From: an uncultured Candidatus Saccharibacteria bacterium
GTDB taxonomy: Bacteria > Patescibacteriota > Minisyncoccia > Minisyncoccales > CG1-02-41-26
Length of the DNA stretch: 64,000 nt
Assembly: GCA_964562675.1 (NCBI GenBank)
Contig: CAZLUG010000002.1
Coordinates: forward strand, 5,852-69,851
Reading direction: 5' to 3'
The position numbers and the translations under genes are program-made. Shown here one piece after another: positions 10,307 to 19,448 of this stretch; within the stretch, counting starts at the first letter, position 1, and each line of letters starts with the position of its first letter. The notes under the pieces were generated by a model. The model searched no databases. It saw only the letters and a list, made by a program, of their open reading frames with translations, and was not told where the DNA came from.

Positions 10307-10870
10307 ATGCAAGTTAAAGTAAAATTAAACCATTTAAAAATAGCGCCCAGAAAAGTCCGCCTAGTAGCTGATTTAGTTCGTGGGAAGAAAGCAAGTTTAG
10401 CCAAAGCGCTTTTAAATTTCAGCGTTAAGCGGGGAGCTGTTTCTCTTCGGAAATTACTAAATTCAGCTTTGGCAGCGGCAAAAAATAATTATCATTTGGA
10501 CGAGGATCGATTTTACATTACGGAAGTTAAGGTTGACGAAGGGCCAAAGCTCAAACGGTTTAGAGCTCGTTCGCGGGGGCAAAGCTATTCTATTTTAAAG
10601 AGAAGTTCTTGTGTAACTTTGGTAATTTCAGAAATTAATAAGTCTTCTTCCCGAGTTCCTAAGCAAAAAGAATCGGCGAAGAAATCAACATCACCTAAAA
10701 AAGAACAAATATTAGCCAAGAAAGACGAAAAGTTGGTAAATAAGAAGAAAGAAGAAAAAATAAATAACAAAGTTGAAACCCTTAAACCGAAATTTTCTAG
10801 TGAGACCGTCCATCACCAAGGTTTAGGTAAAAAGAGTCTTAAGAGAGTTTTTAGACGAAAGGCTTTCTAA
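10307..10870 (+). CDS. rplV: 50S ribosomal protein L22 (with ~75-aa K-rich C-terminal extension)
   Basis: The uL22 core is RKVRLVADLVRGKKASLAKALLNFSVKRGA...GPKLKRFRARSRGQSYSILKRSSCVTLVI. It is followed by a low-complexity K/E-rich tail. Confidence 0.9.
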   Translation: MQVKVKLNHLKIAPRKVRLVADLVRGKKASLAKALLNFSVKRGAVSLRKLLNSALAAAKNNYHLDEDRFYITEVKVDEGPKLKRFRARSRGQSYSILKRSSCVTLVISEINKSSSRVPKQKESAKKSTSPKKEQILAKKDEKLVNKKKEEKINNKVETLKPKFSSETVHHQGLGKKSLKRVFRRKAF

Positions 10871-10879
10871 AAAAATATT

Positions 10880-11548
10880 TTGAATATGTCACACAAAACT
10901 AACCCAAAAATATTGCGAATAAGAAATATGGGAGATTGGTTGAGTAGAGGTTTTTATGGAAAGCATCTTGCCCGCGATCTGGAAGAGGATTTTAGAATCC
11001 GTAGTTTTTTGAAGAAAAAATTAGCAGCTGGCGCTGTTGAAAATATTATTATTAATCGTTCAGGATCTTTACTGAAAATTATTATAAAAACTGCCCGACC
11101 GGCTTTAATTATTGGAAGAGGCGGAAAAGAAATTGAACGCCTGCAAAAACTCTTGCAAAAAGTAATACTTAAAGGTAGGATAAAAAACGCTGGTGTGAAT
11201 CGGCAGACAAAAATTGATGTTGAGGAGGTCAAAAATTTTTGGCTTTCGGCAAATTTAGCTGCCCAATGGGTTAGCCAGCAATTAGAAAGGCGAATGCCTT
11301 ACCGAAAAGTTTTGAAAATGGGCCTTTCTAAAATTATGGCTCAGAGAGAAGCAAAAGGGGCAAGGATTGAAGTAGCGGGGCGGTTAAATGGAGTAGAAAT
11401 AGCTAGAACCGAATGGTTAGCGGAAGGGCGAATGCCTAGAGCTAACTTAAGAGCAATCATAGATTATGGTTTTACCGAAGCTCATTGTAAATACGGAACG
11501 ATTGGCGTAAAAGTTTGGATTTATAAAGGAGAGAGATTTAAGGAATAA
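10880..11548 (+). CDS. rpsC: 30S ribosomal protein S3
   Basis: KH domain and uS3 C-terminal domain: IGRGGKEIERL...GRLNGVEIARTEWLAEGRMP...GVKVWIYKGE. Confidence 0.95.
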   Translation: MNMSHKTNPKILRIRNMGDWLSRGFYGKHLARDLEEDFRIRSFLKKKLAAGAVENIIINRSGSLLKIIIKTARPALIIGRGGKEIERLQKLLQKVILKGRIKNAGVNRQTKIDVEEVKNFWLSANLAAQWVSQQLERRMPYRKVLKMGLSKIMAQREAKGARIEVAGRLNGVEIARTEWLAEGRMPRANLRAIIDYGFTEAHCKYGTIGVKVWIYKGERFKE

Positions 11549-11568
11549 AAGTTGATTATTGATTATTT

Positions 11569-11982
11569 ATGTTTCAGCCAAAGAAAACAAAGTTTCGTAA
11601 ACAGCAAAAAGGAAGGTCTCGAAAGCGTTTAACGGAGACAAAAGGAACAACTTTAGCCTTTGGGAGTTTTGGAATGAAGGGATTGGAAGCTTGCTGGGTA
11701 ACGAGCCATCAATTGGAAGCAGCGAGGAGAGTAATGTTGAGGTATTTAAAAAAGAAAGGGAAATTCTGGTTTAGAATTTTTCCCCAAAAACCAATTACGG
11801 CCAAAGGGAATGAAGTACCGATGGGAGGAGGCAAAGGAACGGTTTCCGACTATGTTTTTCCGCTCAAACCAGGTAGGATTATTTTAGAGTTAGATGGAGT
11901 GGAGGAAAGTGTGGCCCGAGAAGCCATAAAGCAAGCTTCAACAAAATTACCGGTAAAGATTAGATTTATCAAAAGAGTTTAA
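11569..11982 (+). CDS. rplP: 50S ribosomal protein L16
   Basis: uL16 pattern: MFQPKKTKFRKQQKGR...GGGKGTVSDYVFPLKPGRIILEL. Confidence 0.95.
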   Translation: MFQPKKTKFRKQQKGRSRKRLTETKGTTLAFGSFGMKGLEACWVTSHQLEAARRVMLRYLKKKGKFWFRIFPQKPITAKGNEVPMGGGKGTVSDYVFPLKPGRIILELDGVEESVAREAIKQASTKLPVKIRFIKRV

Positions 11983-12016
11983 CGATTTTTATATTTGGTG
12001 AAAAAACGTTGTTATT

Positions 12017-12232
12017 ATGAAAAGAAAAGAAAAAATTAAAGAGTTTTCCCGTTTTGGCCGAAAAGAAAGGTTGCATACTGCCCAAAAGAAGCAGGATAAG
12101 TTAAGACAGTTGAGGTTTGATCTTGCTGCTGGCAAAGTGAAGAACATACGGGAAATCCGAGAAATCAAGAAAGATATTGCCAGAATTAAAACTTTAATGC
12201 AAAAAGATTCTTCTCCAGACTTGAAGAGTTAA
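12017..12232 (+). CDS. rpmC: 50S ribosomal protein L29
   Basis: A 71-aa helical basic protein in the conserved slot between rplP and rpsQ; the LRQLRFDLAAGKVKN region is uL29-like. Confidence 0.85.
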   Translation: MKRKEKIKEFSRFGRKERLHTAQKKQDKLRQLRFDLAAGKVKNIREIREIKKDIARIKTLMQKDSSPDLKS

Positions 12233-12278
12233 ACGAAATTTTTTGTTTAGAGAAAAATTGATTTAAATATTTAAAATC

Positions 12279-12512
12279 ATGTCCAAAAGACGATTAAAAG
12301 GTGAAATTGTTTCTCTCAAGATGGCAAAAACAGCCGTGGTAAAAGTGAGGAGCATTAAACAACATCCTAAGTATCACAAGAGATATAGAAGTGATAAGAG
12401 ATATAAAGCCCACCTTCTCAAAAGCGGTTACAAAATGGGAGATAAGGTTATCATTGAAGAGAGCCAGCCAATCTCAAAAGAGAAACATTGGATAGTTTTA
12501 AAAAAGGTTTAA
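12279..12512 (+). CDS. rpsQ: 30S ribosomal protein S17
   Basis: uS17 pattern: LKGEIVSLKMAKTAVVKVRSIKQHPKYHKRYRSDKRYKAH. Confidence 0.9.
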   Translation: MSKRRLKGEIVSLKMAKTAVVKVRSIKQHPKYHKRYRSDKRYKAHLLKSGYKMGDKVIIEESQPISKEKHWIVLKKV

Positions 12513-12515
12513 TTT

Positions 12516-12884
12516 ATGATTCAACCAGGAACAATTTTAAAAGTAGCTGATAATTCGGGTGCTAAACTCGTCCAGTGTTTTAATATTCCTGGTGGAACAC
12601 GAAAACGTTATGCTCGCATTGGTGATATTATTGTTGGGGCGGTTAAGAAAGCTGAACCAAGAAGAGGAGTGAAAACTCATGAGGTTGTCCACGCTGTTGT
12701 CATAAGACAGCGAAAAGCCTTTAAAAGAAAAGATGGTTCTTATATAAAGTTTGGGGATAACGCCTGTGTTATTTTGGCGGACAACAAAAATCCAAAAGGG
12801 ACTAGAATTTTAGGGCCGGTCCCGCGAGAATTAAAGACAATAGGTTTTACGAAAATAGCAACTATGGCCAAAGAACTTTTATAA
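12516..12884 (+). CDS. rplN: 50S ribosomal protein L14
   Basis: uL14 pattern: MIQPGTILKVADNSGAKLVQCFNIPGG...IGDIIVGAVKKAEP. Confidence 0.95.
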   Translation: MIQPGTILKVADNSGAKLVQCFNIPGGTRKRYARIGDIIVGAVKKAEPRRGVKTHEVVHAVVIRQRKAFKRKDGSYIKFGDNACVILADNKNPKGTRILGPVPRELKTIGFTKIATMAKELL

Positions 12885-12923
12885 AAGTTCTTGGATGTAT
12901 TGATTCTCTTTGCGAAAATATTT

Positions 12924-13244
12924 ATGAAAATTCAAAAGAACGATCAAGTTTTAATAATGAGTGGCCGAGATAAAGGCAGAAAAGGCAAAGTTTTAAGAGT
13001 TTTCCCGTCTCAAGATAAAATTTTGGTGGAAGGCATTAAGATTCATAAAAAGCATATTAAACCAAAGCGAGAAGGGGAGAAAGGACAACTTGTTGAAGTT
13101 GCTTCGCCGTTACCGGTAGGTAAAGTTAAATTGATATGTCCAAAATGCGGGAAGCCGACAAAGATTGGTTATAAAATTATCACCCAGTCAGACGGGAAAA
13201 AGACAAAAAGCAGAATTTGCAAAAAATGCGGGGCAGAAATATAG
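12924..13244 (+). CDS. rplX: 50S ribosomal protein L24 with C-terminal Cys4 zinc-ribbon-like tail
   Basis: The KOW core is MKIQKNDQVLIMSGRDKGRKGKVLRV. The C-terminus carries CPKCG...CKKCG. The ORF-track start at 12891 precedes the conserved N-terminus; ATG 12924 is preferred. Confidence 0.85.
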   Translation: MKIQKNDQVLIMSGRDKGRKGKVLRVFPSQDKILVEGIKIHKKHIKPKREGEKGQLVEVASPLPVGKVKLICPKCGKPTKIGYKIITQSDGKKTKSRICKKCGAEI

Positions 13245-13316
13245 AAATAATTAGAAAAAATTTTTAATATTTGTTAAACCCAGAAAAAATTAAATTCCAT
13301 TAGAAAAATAATTCTT

Positions 13317-13880
13317 ATGCTTAAATTAGCAGAAAAATATAAAAAGGAAGTGAGGCCAGCATTAAAGAAGGAATTTGGTTACCGCAATGATATGGCCGTT
13401 CCTCGTATTAAGAAAATTGTTGTGAGCTGTGGTTTTGGGAAAGATATTATCGGGAAAACAAAAGATGAACAAAAAAAACTTTTAGCCCACATCTCCAACG
13501 ACTTGGCATTGATTACAGGACAGAAACCGGCTTTTCGCAAAGCTCGAAAGTCAATTTCTAACTTTAAACTCAGAAAGGGAAATATTATTGGGGCAGAAGT
13601 GACTTTGCGGAAAAAGAGAATGTATGATTTTATAGAGAGATTAATTTACATTGCTTTACCCCGCAGTCGTGATTTTCGTGGTATTCCTTTACATTCTCTT
13701 GACCAAACAGGGAATTTAAATTTAGGTATACGAGAGCAAGTAATTTTTCCCGAAATTACCATTGAAAAAGAAAAGGGGATTTTCGGGTTGAATATTACGG
13801 TTGTCACGAGCGCTAAGAATACAAAAGAGGGCCTAGCATTATTAAAGCTTATAGGTTTTCCGATGAAACATAGCCAGTAA
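13317..13880 (+). CDS. rplE: 50S ribosomal protein L5
   Basis: uL5 pattern: MLKLAEKYKKEVRPALKKEFGYRNDMAVPRIKKIVVSCG...NLGIREQVIFPEI. Confidence 0.95.
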   Translation: MLKLAEKYKKEVRPALKKEFGYRNDMAVPRIKKIVVSCGFGKDIIGKTKDEQKKLLAHISNDLALITGQKPAFRKARKSISNFKLRKGNIIGAEVTLRKKRMYDFIERLIYIALPRSRDFRGIPLHSLDQTGNLNLGIREQVIFPEITIEKEKGIFGLNITVVTSAKNTKEGLALLKLIGFPMKHSQ

Positions 13881-13913
13881 ATCACTTTTTATTTTGGAAT
13901 TTTTAGAAATTTT

Positions 13914-14099
13914 ATGGCAAAAAAATCACAAATCGTTAAAGCTCAAAAGAAACCGAAATTTAAAACTAGAACAGTAAATCGCTGTTTTAAATGTGGCCGG
14001 AAAAGAGGATTCATTAGAAAGTTTGGTCTCTGCAGAATTTGTTTTCGAGAAATGGCAAGCAAAGGGGAAATTCCGGGAGTCAAAAAATCTTCTTGGTAA
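13914..14099 (+). CDS. rpsN: 30S ribosomal protein S14 type Z (zinc-binding)
   Basis: 61 aa with [23 protein letters not shown] (C-x2-C...C-x2-C), in the conserved position between rplE and rpsH. Confidence 0.9.
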   Translation: MAKKSQIVKAQKKPKFKTRTVNRCFKCGRKRGFIRKFGLCRICFREMASKGEIPGVKKSSW

Positions 14100-14128
14100 C
14101 AAATAATTTTTTAAAGAAATAAATAATT

Positions 14129-14521
14129 ATGCTTAATCCAATTACGGACATGCTTAATAGGATAAGAAATGCGCAATCCGTCCATCATAAAACTGTGGAT
14201 ATCCCTTATTCCAAAGTAAAATTTGCTTTGTCGGTAGTTTTGGATAAAGAAGGTTTTATTGCCGGAGCAAGAATAAAGAAAAGGAAAAAAGAAAAAATAA
14301 TAGAGCTAGGTTTAAAATATCTGCCGAATGGATTACCTCGTATTTCCGGATTAAAAAGAATTTCAAAATCCAGCCAGAAAGTTTACAAAAAATCGAAAGA
14401 CATAAAAAAAGTAAAAGGAGGATATGGTCGAGTTATCATCTCTACTTCACAAGGATTAATGAGTAATATAGAAGCGCATAAGGCCAAATTAGGAGGCGAG
14501 ATTTTAGTCGAAGTATGGTGA
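14129..14521 (+). CDS. rpsH: 30S ribosomal protein S8
   Basis: uS8 pattern: DMLNRIRNAQSVHHKTVDIPYSKVK...GGYGRVIISTSQGLMSNIEAHKAKLGGEIL. Confidence 0.95.
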   Translation: MLNPITDMLNRIRNAQSVHHKTVDIPYSKVKFALSVVLDKEGFIAGARIKKRKKEKIIELGLKYLPNGLPRISGLKRISKSSQKVYKKSKDIKKVKGGYGRVIISTSQGLMSNIEAHKAKLGGEILVEVW

Positions 14522-14618
14522 GTTCGAGAAGAAATTAAGGAAGGCTTTTAATATATAGGTGCTTAAATAAGTTTTAGATTTTATATATTATCAAGCCGAC
14601 TTATTCTTTTATAAGATT

Positions 14619-15164
14619 GTGAGCAAAATAGGGAAAAAAATAATTGAAATACCCGAAGGAGTGGAAGTTAAAATTAATAATGAAACAGTTACAGTTAAAG
14701 GGCCGAAAGGAGAACTCTCCCTACGGATTTTGCCAGAGGTGGAAATTAAGGCCAAAGACAAGAAAGTGATTGTTTTGCCAAGAAAGCAAACAAGGAAAAC
14801 AGAAGCTTTTTGGGGATTAACAAGAATGCTTTTGTTTAATCAGATAAAAGGGGTGAGCGAGGGATTTGAAAAGAAGCTGGAGATAAAAGGCATTGGGTAT
14901 AAGGCTGTTTTAGAGGGAAATAATAAGTTGCGTTTAGAGGTAGGATTTTCTCATCCCGTTATTTTTGATATTCCAACTGGAATTGAAGCAAAGGTGGAAA
15001 AGAACATTATCACTATTTCAGGCATTGATAAACAGAAGGTAGGTGAATTTGCAGCCAGCATTCGCAGAATAAGACCCCCGGAACCATATAAAGGAAAAGG
15101 TATTCGTTATTTAGGTGAAGTGGTAAGACGAAAAGAAGGCAAACGAACGGTTGCCACTAGTTAG
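14619..15164 (+). CDS. rplF: 50S ribosomal protein L6
   Basis: GTG start. uL6 pattern: [33 protein letters not shown]. Confidence 0.93.
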   Translation: MSKIGKKIIEIPEGVEVKINNETVTVKGPKGELSLRILPEVEIKAKDKKVIVLPRKQTRKTEAFWGLTRMLLFNQIKGVSEGFEKKLEIKGIGYKAVLEGNNKLRLEVGFSHPVIFDIPTGIEAKVEKNIITISGIDKQKVGEFAASIRRIRPPEPYKGKGIRYLGEVVRRKEGKRTVATS

Positions 15165-15181
15165 TTGAAAGGTTTTTATTT

Positions 15182-15631
15182 ATGTTATCTTATCAAAATA
15201 AAAGGCAAAATAGGCACCGAAGAATTCGGGCAAAAGTTAGGGGTAAATCAGAAATCCCCCGTCTTTGCGTTTTTAGATCGCATAAGCACATTTATGCTCA
15301 GTTAATTGATGATGAAAAATCCAAAACTCTTTTAACAGCGAGTGACCTTGACCTTAAAGAATCATCTCGGGCCAAGGGGTTGAAAGAATCTTTGCCGCCA
15401 AAAAAAATAGCGGGAGATAAGAAAAAAAAGGCTCAAGAGCCAAAATCAAAAGTCTCTGAGATAAAGAGAACATCAAAAGTTTCTTTGGCTTTCGATTTAG
15501 GAAAGTTAATTGCTGAAAAAGCGTTAAAGCAAAAGATAAAAAAGGTTGTTTTTGACAGAGGTGGATATTTGTACCATGGTAGAGTAAAGGCAATTGCTGA
15601 TGGCGCTAGAGAGGGAGGTTTAAAATTCTAA
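15182..15631 (+). CDS. rplR: 50S ribosomal protein L18 (with ~40-aa K-rich internal insertion)
   Basis: uL18 N- and C-terminal blocks, [19 protein letters not shown]...[28 protein letters not shown], are split by a low-complexity K/S-rich segment. Confidence 0.85.
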   Translation: MLSYQNKRQNRHRRIRAKVRGKSEIPRLCVFRSHKHIYAQLIDDEKSKTLLTASDLDLKESSRAKGLKESLPPKKIAGDKKKKAQEPKSKVSEIKRTSKVSLAFDLGKLIAEKALKQKIKKVVFDRGGYLYHGRVKAIADGAREGGLKF

Positions 15632-15657
15632 AAACATTTTAAGAAAATATTCTATTT

Positions 15658-16128
15658 ATGTTTAGAAAACAAAGAAATCAGAAATTTAAAAAGAGCGAAT
15701 ACGAATCTAAACTTTTAGATTTGACGAGGGTTACAAGAGTAACGGCTGGCGGGAAACAATTAAGATTTAGAGCAGTTGTAGTTGTAGGCAACAAAAAAGG
15801 AAAAGTTGGGGTAGAAATAGCCAAAGGCAGTGATGTGGCGAAAGCTATTACGAAAGCGACAAGATTAGCGAAAAAGCGTTTGATAGAAATTCCGCTTATC
15901 GATAAAGGCATCCCTTATGAAATAGAAACAAAATTTGGGAGTGCTCGAGTAATCTTAAGACCTCAAAAGAAAGGGAAAGGGCTTATTGCCGGAGGAGCAA
16001 TGAGAGTAGTTTGTGATTTAGTTGGTATTAAGGATATCTCTGCTAAAATTCTTTCGAAATCAAGAAACAAATTTACAATTGCCAAAGCAACCATTAAAGC
16101 TCTGCAAAAATTAACCGAAACTCATTAA
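15658..16128 (+). CDS. rpsE: 30S ribosomal protein S5
   Basis: uS5 pattern: RVTRVTAGGKQLRFRAVVVVGNKKGKVGVEIAKGSDVAKAI...LIAGGAMRVVCDLVGIKDISAK. Confidence 0.93.
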   Translation: MFRKQRNQKFKKSEYESKLLDLTRVTRVTAGGKQLRFRAVVVVGNKKGKVGVEIAKGSDVAKAITKATRLAKKRLIEIPLIDKGIPYEIETKFGSARVILRPQKKGKGLIAGGAMRVVCDLVGIKDISAKILSKSRNKFTIAKATIKALQKLTETH

Positions 16129-16141
16129 TTTAGGAATATAT

Positions 16142-16576
16142 ATGCAAATCCATCAAGTTAAACCTATCCACAAATCCCAGAAAAAGAAAAGAATCGGCCG
16201 AGGAGGAGTTAAAGGACATTTTTCCGGGCGAGGAATGAAAGGGCAAAAATCAAGAGCAGGCAGGAAAATGCAACCGTTTATCAGAGAACTAATTAAAAAA
16301 TATAAAAAGTTGCGGGGTTACAAGATGAAATCTAGAAAGAAGAAACAGATTGGCATCAATCTTGGTTTTTTGAATAAAAAATTTAGAGCGGGTGATTTGA
16401 TTAATCCAGCAATATTAGTTCAAAAAAAGATTGTCAGGCGGCAAGAGGGGAAAGTTCCAGAGATTAAAATTTTAAGCCAAGGAAAATTGCAAAAGAAATT
16501 TATCTTCCAAGGATGCAGTTTTTCAAAAAAAGCAGAAGAGAAAATAAAAGAACAAAAGGGGATCATTAAATCATAG
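16142..16576 (+). CDS. rplO: 50S ribosomal protein L15
   Basis: uL15 pattern: KKKRIGRGGVKGHFSGRGMKGQKSRAG. It follows rpsE after only 13 nt, so no rpmD (L30) lies between them. Confidence 0.9.
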   Translation: MQIHQVKPIHKSQKKKRIGRGGVKGHFSGRGMKGQKSRAGRKMQPFIRELIKKYKKLRGYKMKSRKKKQIGINLGFLNKKFRAGDLINPAILVQKKIVRRQEGKVPEIKILSQGKLQKKFIFQGCSFSKKAEEKIKEQKGIIKS

Positions 16577-16620
16577 AACCGCAACTGCTTACTTGGCACT
16601 TAAATGAGGAGAATAATCCT

Positions 16621-17904
16621 ATGAATTGGTTTCAAAAACTCATTCTTATTTTTAAAAATCGCCAATTACGGAATAAAATTCTTTTTGTTCTAGGAATCTT
16701 TGTAGTTTTCCGGTTGATGGCTAATATTCCTATTCCGGGTATTAATATCGAGAACCTGAGAAGATTTTTTGCTCAGAACCAAATGTTTGGCCTTTTAAAC
16801 CTGTTTACGGGCGGAGCCTTAAGCAATCTCTCAATTGTGATGTTAGGGCTTGGCCCATATATCACGGCGGTTATTATTCTCCAGCTTTTGACAATGATTT
16901 TCCCTCAGTTGGAAAAAATGTATAAAGAGGAGGGAGAACAGGGCCGAAGGAAATTCAACCAATACGGAAGACTTTTAACCGTCCCTTTGGCAGCGCTTCA
17001 GGGCTATGGGATGTTAACGCTTTTCCAACATCAAAATATTATTCCTAGTCTTTCTCCTATTTTACTTCTTAGTTCTCTTTGTACCATTACGGGGGGAGCG
17101 GTGCTTTTAATGTGGCTTGGTGAATTGATTTCTGAGAAGGGTATTGGGAATGGAGTTTCCCTGCTTATTTTTGCAGGGATTGTGGCGAGAACCCCTATGC
17201 AGCTTCGCCAAATAGTTTTGACTTGGGATATTTCGAGAGTTCCTTCTTATATTGCCTTTTTCATTGGTTCGATATTTATTATTGTAGGAGTGGTTTTAGT
17301 TAATGAAGCAAGGCGGAATATTCCAGTTTCTTACGCTAAGCGAGTGCGCGGGCAAAAAATGTATGGAGGGGTTTCAACTTATTTGCCAATGATGGTTAAT
17401 CCTGCCGGGGTAATACCTATTATTTTTGCCTTAAGCCTTCTTCTTTTCCCCGGCATGCTTGCTAATATGTTAGCCGCCACCGGCAATGCTGTTTGGGCTG
17501 GTTTTGCCAAAGGTTTGAGTAATTTCCTACAAAATGGTTGGATCTATGGCAGTTTATATTTTGTTTTAGTATTTATCTTTACTTACTTTTATACCGCCGT
17601 GACTTTTGACCCTAAAGCAGTTTCTGAAAATTTACAGAAAATGGGAGGATTCATTCCTGGAATTAGACCGGGACGTTCAACGGCAGAGTTTTTACATAAA
17701 ATTTTGTACAGAATTTTAATCATCGGAGCAAGTTTTTTAGGATTTGTGGCAATTTTGCCTTCAATTATACAAGGTATTACGGGAGTGACGGCTCTTAGAT
17801 TTTTAACTGGAGGCACGGGATTGCTAATTATTGTTAGCGTGGTTCTGGATAGTTGGCGGCATATTAAGGCCCAGCTTGAAATGCGGGAATACGAAAAACT
17901 TTAG
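16621..17904 (+). CDS. secY: preprotein translocase subunit SecY
   Basis: 427 aa with 10 predicted TM segments and SecY signature regions: GIxP, LLQLLTMIFPQLE, GGTGLLIIVSVVLD. Confidence 0.95.
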   Translation: MNWFQKLILIFKNRQLRNKILFVLGIFVVFRLMANIPIPGINIENLRRFFAQNQMFGLLNLFTGGALSNLSIVMLGLGPYITAVIILQLLTMIFPQLEKMYKEEGEQGRRKFNQYGRLLTVPLAALQGYGMLTLFQHQNIIPSLSPILLLSSLCTITGGAVLLMWLGELISEKGIGNGVSLLIFAGIVARTPMQLRQIVLTWDISRVPSYIAFFIGSIFIIVGVVLVNEARRNIPVSYAKRVRGQKMYGGVSTYLPMMVNPAGVIPIIFALSLLLFPGMLANMLAATGNAVWAGFAKGLSNFLQNGWIYGSLYFVLVFIFTYFYTAVTFDPKAVSENLQKMGGFIPGIRPGRSTAEFLHKILYRILIIGASFLGFVAILPSIIQGITGVTALRFLTGGTGLLIIVSVVLDSWRHIKAQLEMREYEKL

Positions 17905-17952
17905 ATTAAGAATTCAATAAGCCAAATCAGCTTGCATAACTATTAAAATTTT

Positions 17953-18645
17953 ATGCACAAATTAGTTGTTATTTTAATGGGAATGCCCGGGGCGGGCAAG
18001 GGAACTCAGGGAACGCTTTTAGCAGAGAAATTCAATTTATATTACTTTGAAACCAGTAAAATTATTGAAAAAGCTATTAAGAATGCTCGCAAAGGAGATT
18101 TTGTTAAAGTTGGTTCTCAAAAGTATTATTTTTCTCACGAAAAGAAGCTCTGGGAAGATGGCGTTATTTGCAGTCCGCCATTTGTTTTCTCTTTGGTCAA
18201 AAAGAAAATTAAAGAACTATTCAAAAAAGATGAAAATTTATTATTGTCTGGTTCCCCGCGGACAATAGAAGAAAGCGAAGCATTAATGCCGCTCTTGGAG
18301 AAATTATACGGGAAGAAAAATATTAAAATTGTTCTCCTGCAAATTTCTGCCGAAGAATCCATTTTTAGAAATTCTCACCGGCGGATTTGTGCTCTTATGC
18401 GGCATCCTATTTTGTACACCCCAGAAACGAAAAACCTCAAAAGGTGTCCCTTAGATGGTTCTAAACTACAGCGCCGGAAAGGTCTTGATGACCCAGAAAC
18501 CATTAAAGTACGGCTGAGAGAGTATCAGCAGAAAACTTTTCCCTTAATAAAATATTTTCAAAAAGAGGGTTTTTCAATCAAGAAAATTAATGGTAAAGGG
18601 TCGGTCGAACAAGTATTTAAAAGAATCTTAGCAAAATTTAAATGA
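17953..18645 (+). CDS. adk: adenylate kinase
   Basis: P-loop GMPGAGKGTQ and a lid-domain metal-binding-like segment (H-x3-C...C-x-x-D), in the conserved position after secY. Confidence 0.9.
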   Translation: MHKLVVILMGMPGAGKGTQGTLLAEKFNLYYFETSKIIEKAIKNARKGDFVKVGSQKYYFSHEKKLWEDGVICSPPFVFSLVKKKIKELFKKDENLLLSGSPRTIEESEALMPLLEKLYGKKNIKIVLLQISAEESIFRNSHRRICALMRHPILYTPETKNLKRCPLDGSKLQRRKGLDDPETIKVRLREYQQKTFPLIKYFQKEGFSIKKINGKGSVEQVFKRILAKFK

Positions 18646-19391
18646 TATCAATTAAATCAGCAGAAGAAATTTCTATTATGAGAGAGGGCGGAAGGTTGTT
18701 GGCAGAAATTCTAGAAAAGGTCAAAAAACAAAGCAAGCCGGGTGTTAAAACCAAAGATTTAGATAAATTAGCGGAATCTCTTATTATCGCCGCTGGGGCG
18801 AAACCAGCATTTAAAGGATATGATGGATTTCCCAGCACTTTGTGCACTTCGGTAAATCAGGTGATAGTCCATCAAATTCCTTCAGACTATCAACTGAAAG
18901 ACGGCGATATTTTTACTTTGGATATAGGGTTGTACCTTAAGGGATTTTTTAGCGATATGGCCCAGACTATTCCTATTGGAAAGGTAAATCCGGAAGGATT
19001 AAGGTTAATTCGCGTTACCAAAAGGTCTTTAAAATACGCTATTCAGAAATCTAGAGCAGGAAATACTTTTGGGGATATAGGGAATACAATTCAACGGTAT
19101 GTTGAATCTCAAGGCTTGAATGTTGTAAGGGAGCTTTGCGGTCACGGAATTGGTAAAGATCTCCACGAAGAACCAGATGTTCTAAATTATGGCCAGCGCC
19201 ACAAAGGACCTAAAATTGAGCCGGGAATGGTTTTTTGTATAGAACCAATGGTTACCCTTGGTGATTGGCAGATTAAGCAGTCCGCGGATAAATCCGGCTG
19301 GGAGACAACCGACGGTTCGTTTTCAGCGCATTTTGAGCATGAAGTAGCTATTTTAAAAAATGGGAAAGCTGAAGTTCTCACGAAAATTTAG
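18642..19391 (+). CDS. map: methionine aminopeptidase type I
   Basis: Metal-ligand blocks: FTLDIG (D), DMAQT, CGHGIG (H), FCIEPMV (E) and FEHEV (E). Confidence 0.93.
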   Translation: MISIKSAEEISIMREGGRLLAEILEKVKKQSKPGVKTKDLDKLAESLIIAAGAKPAFKGYDGFPSTLCTSVNQVIVHQIPSDYQLKDGDIFTLDIGLYLKGFFSDMAQTIPIGKVNPEGLRLIRVTKRSLKYAIQKSRAGNTFGDIGNTIQRYVESQGLNVVRELCGHGIGKDLHEEPDVLNYGQRHKGPKIEPGMVFCIEPMVTLGDWQIKQSADKSGWETTDGSFSAHFEHEVAILKNGKAEVLTKI

Positions 19392-19448
19392 AGCAGGCCA
19401 AGTTAAAATTAATTGATTTTTTTGTTTTAAACTTATTGAATAATTAGT

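Noticed and set aside
17953-18645. Nested ORF 18047..18268 and antisense 18135..18362 within adk
   Set aside because: Alternative-frame artefacts inside a conserved gene.
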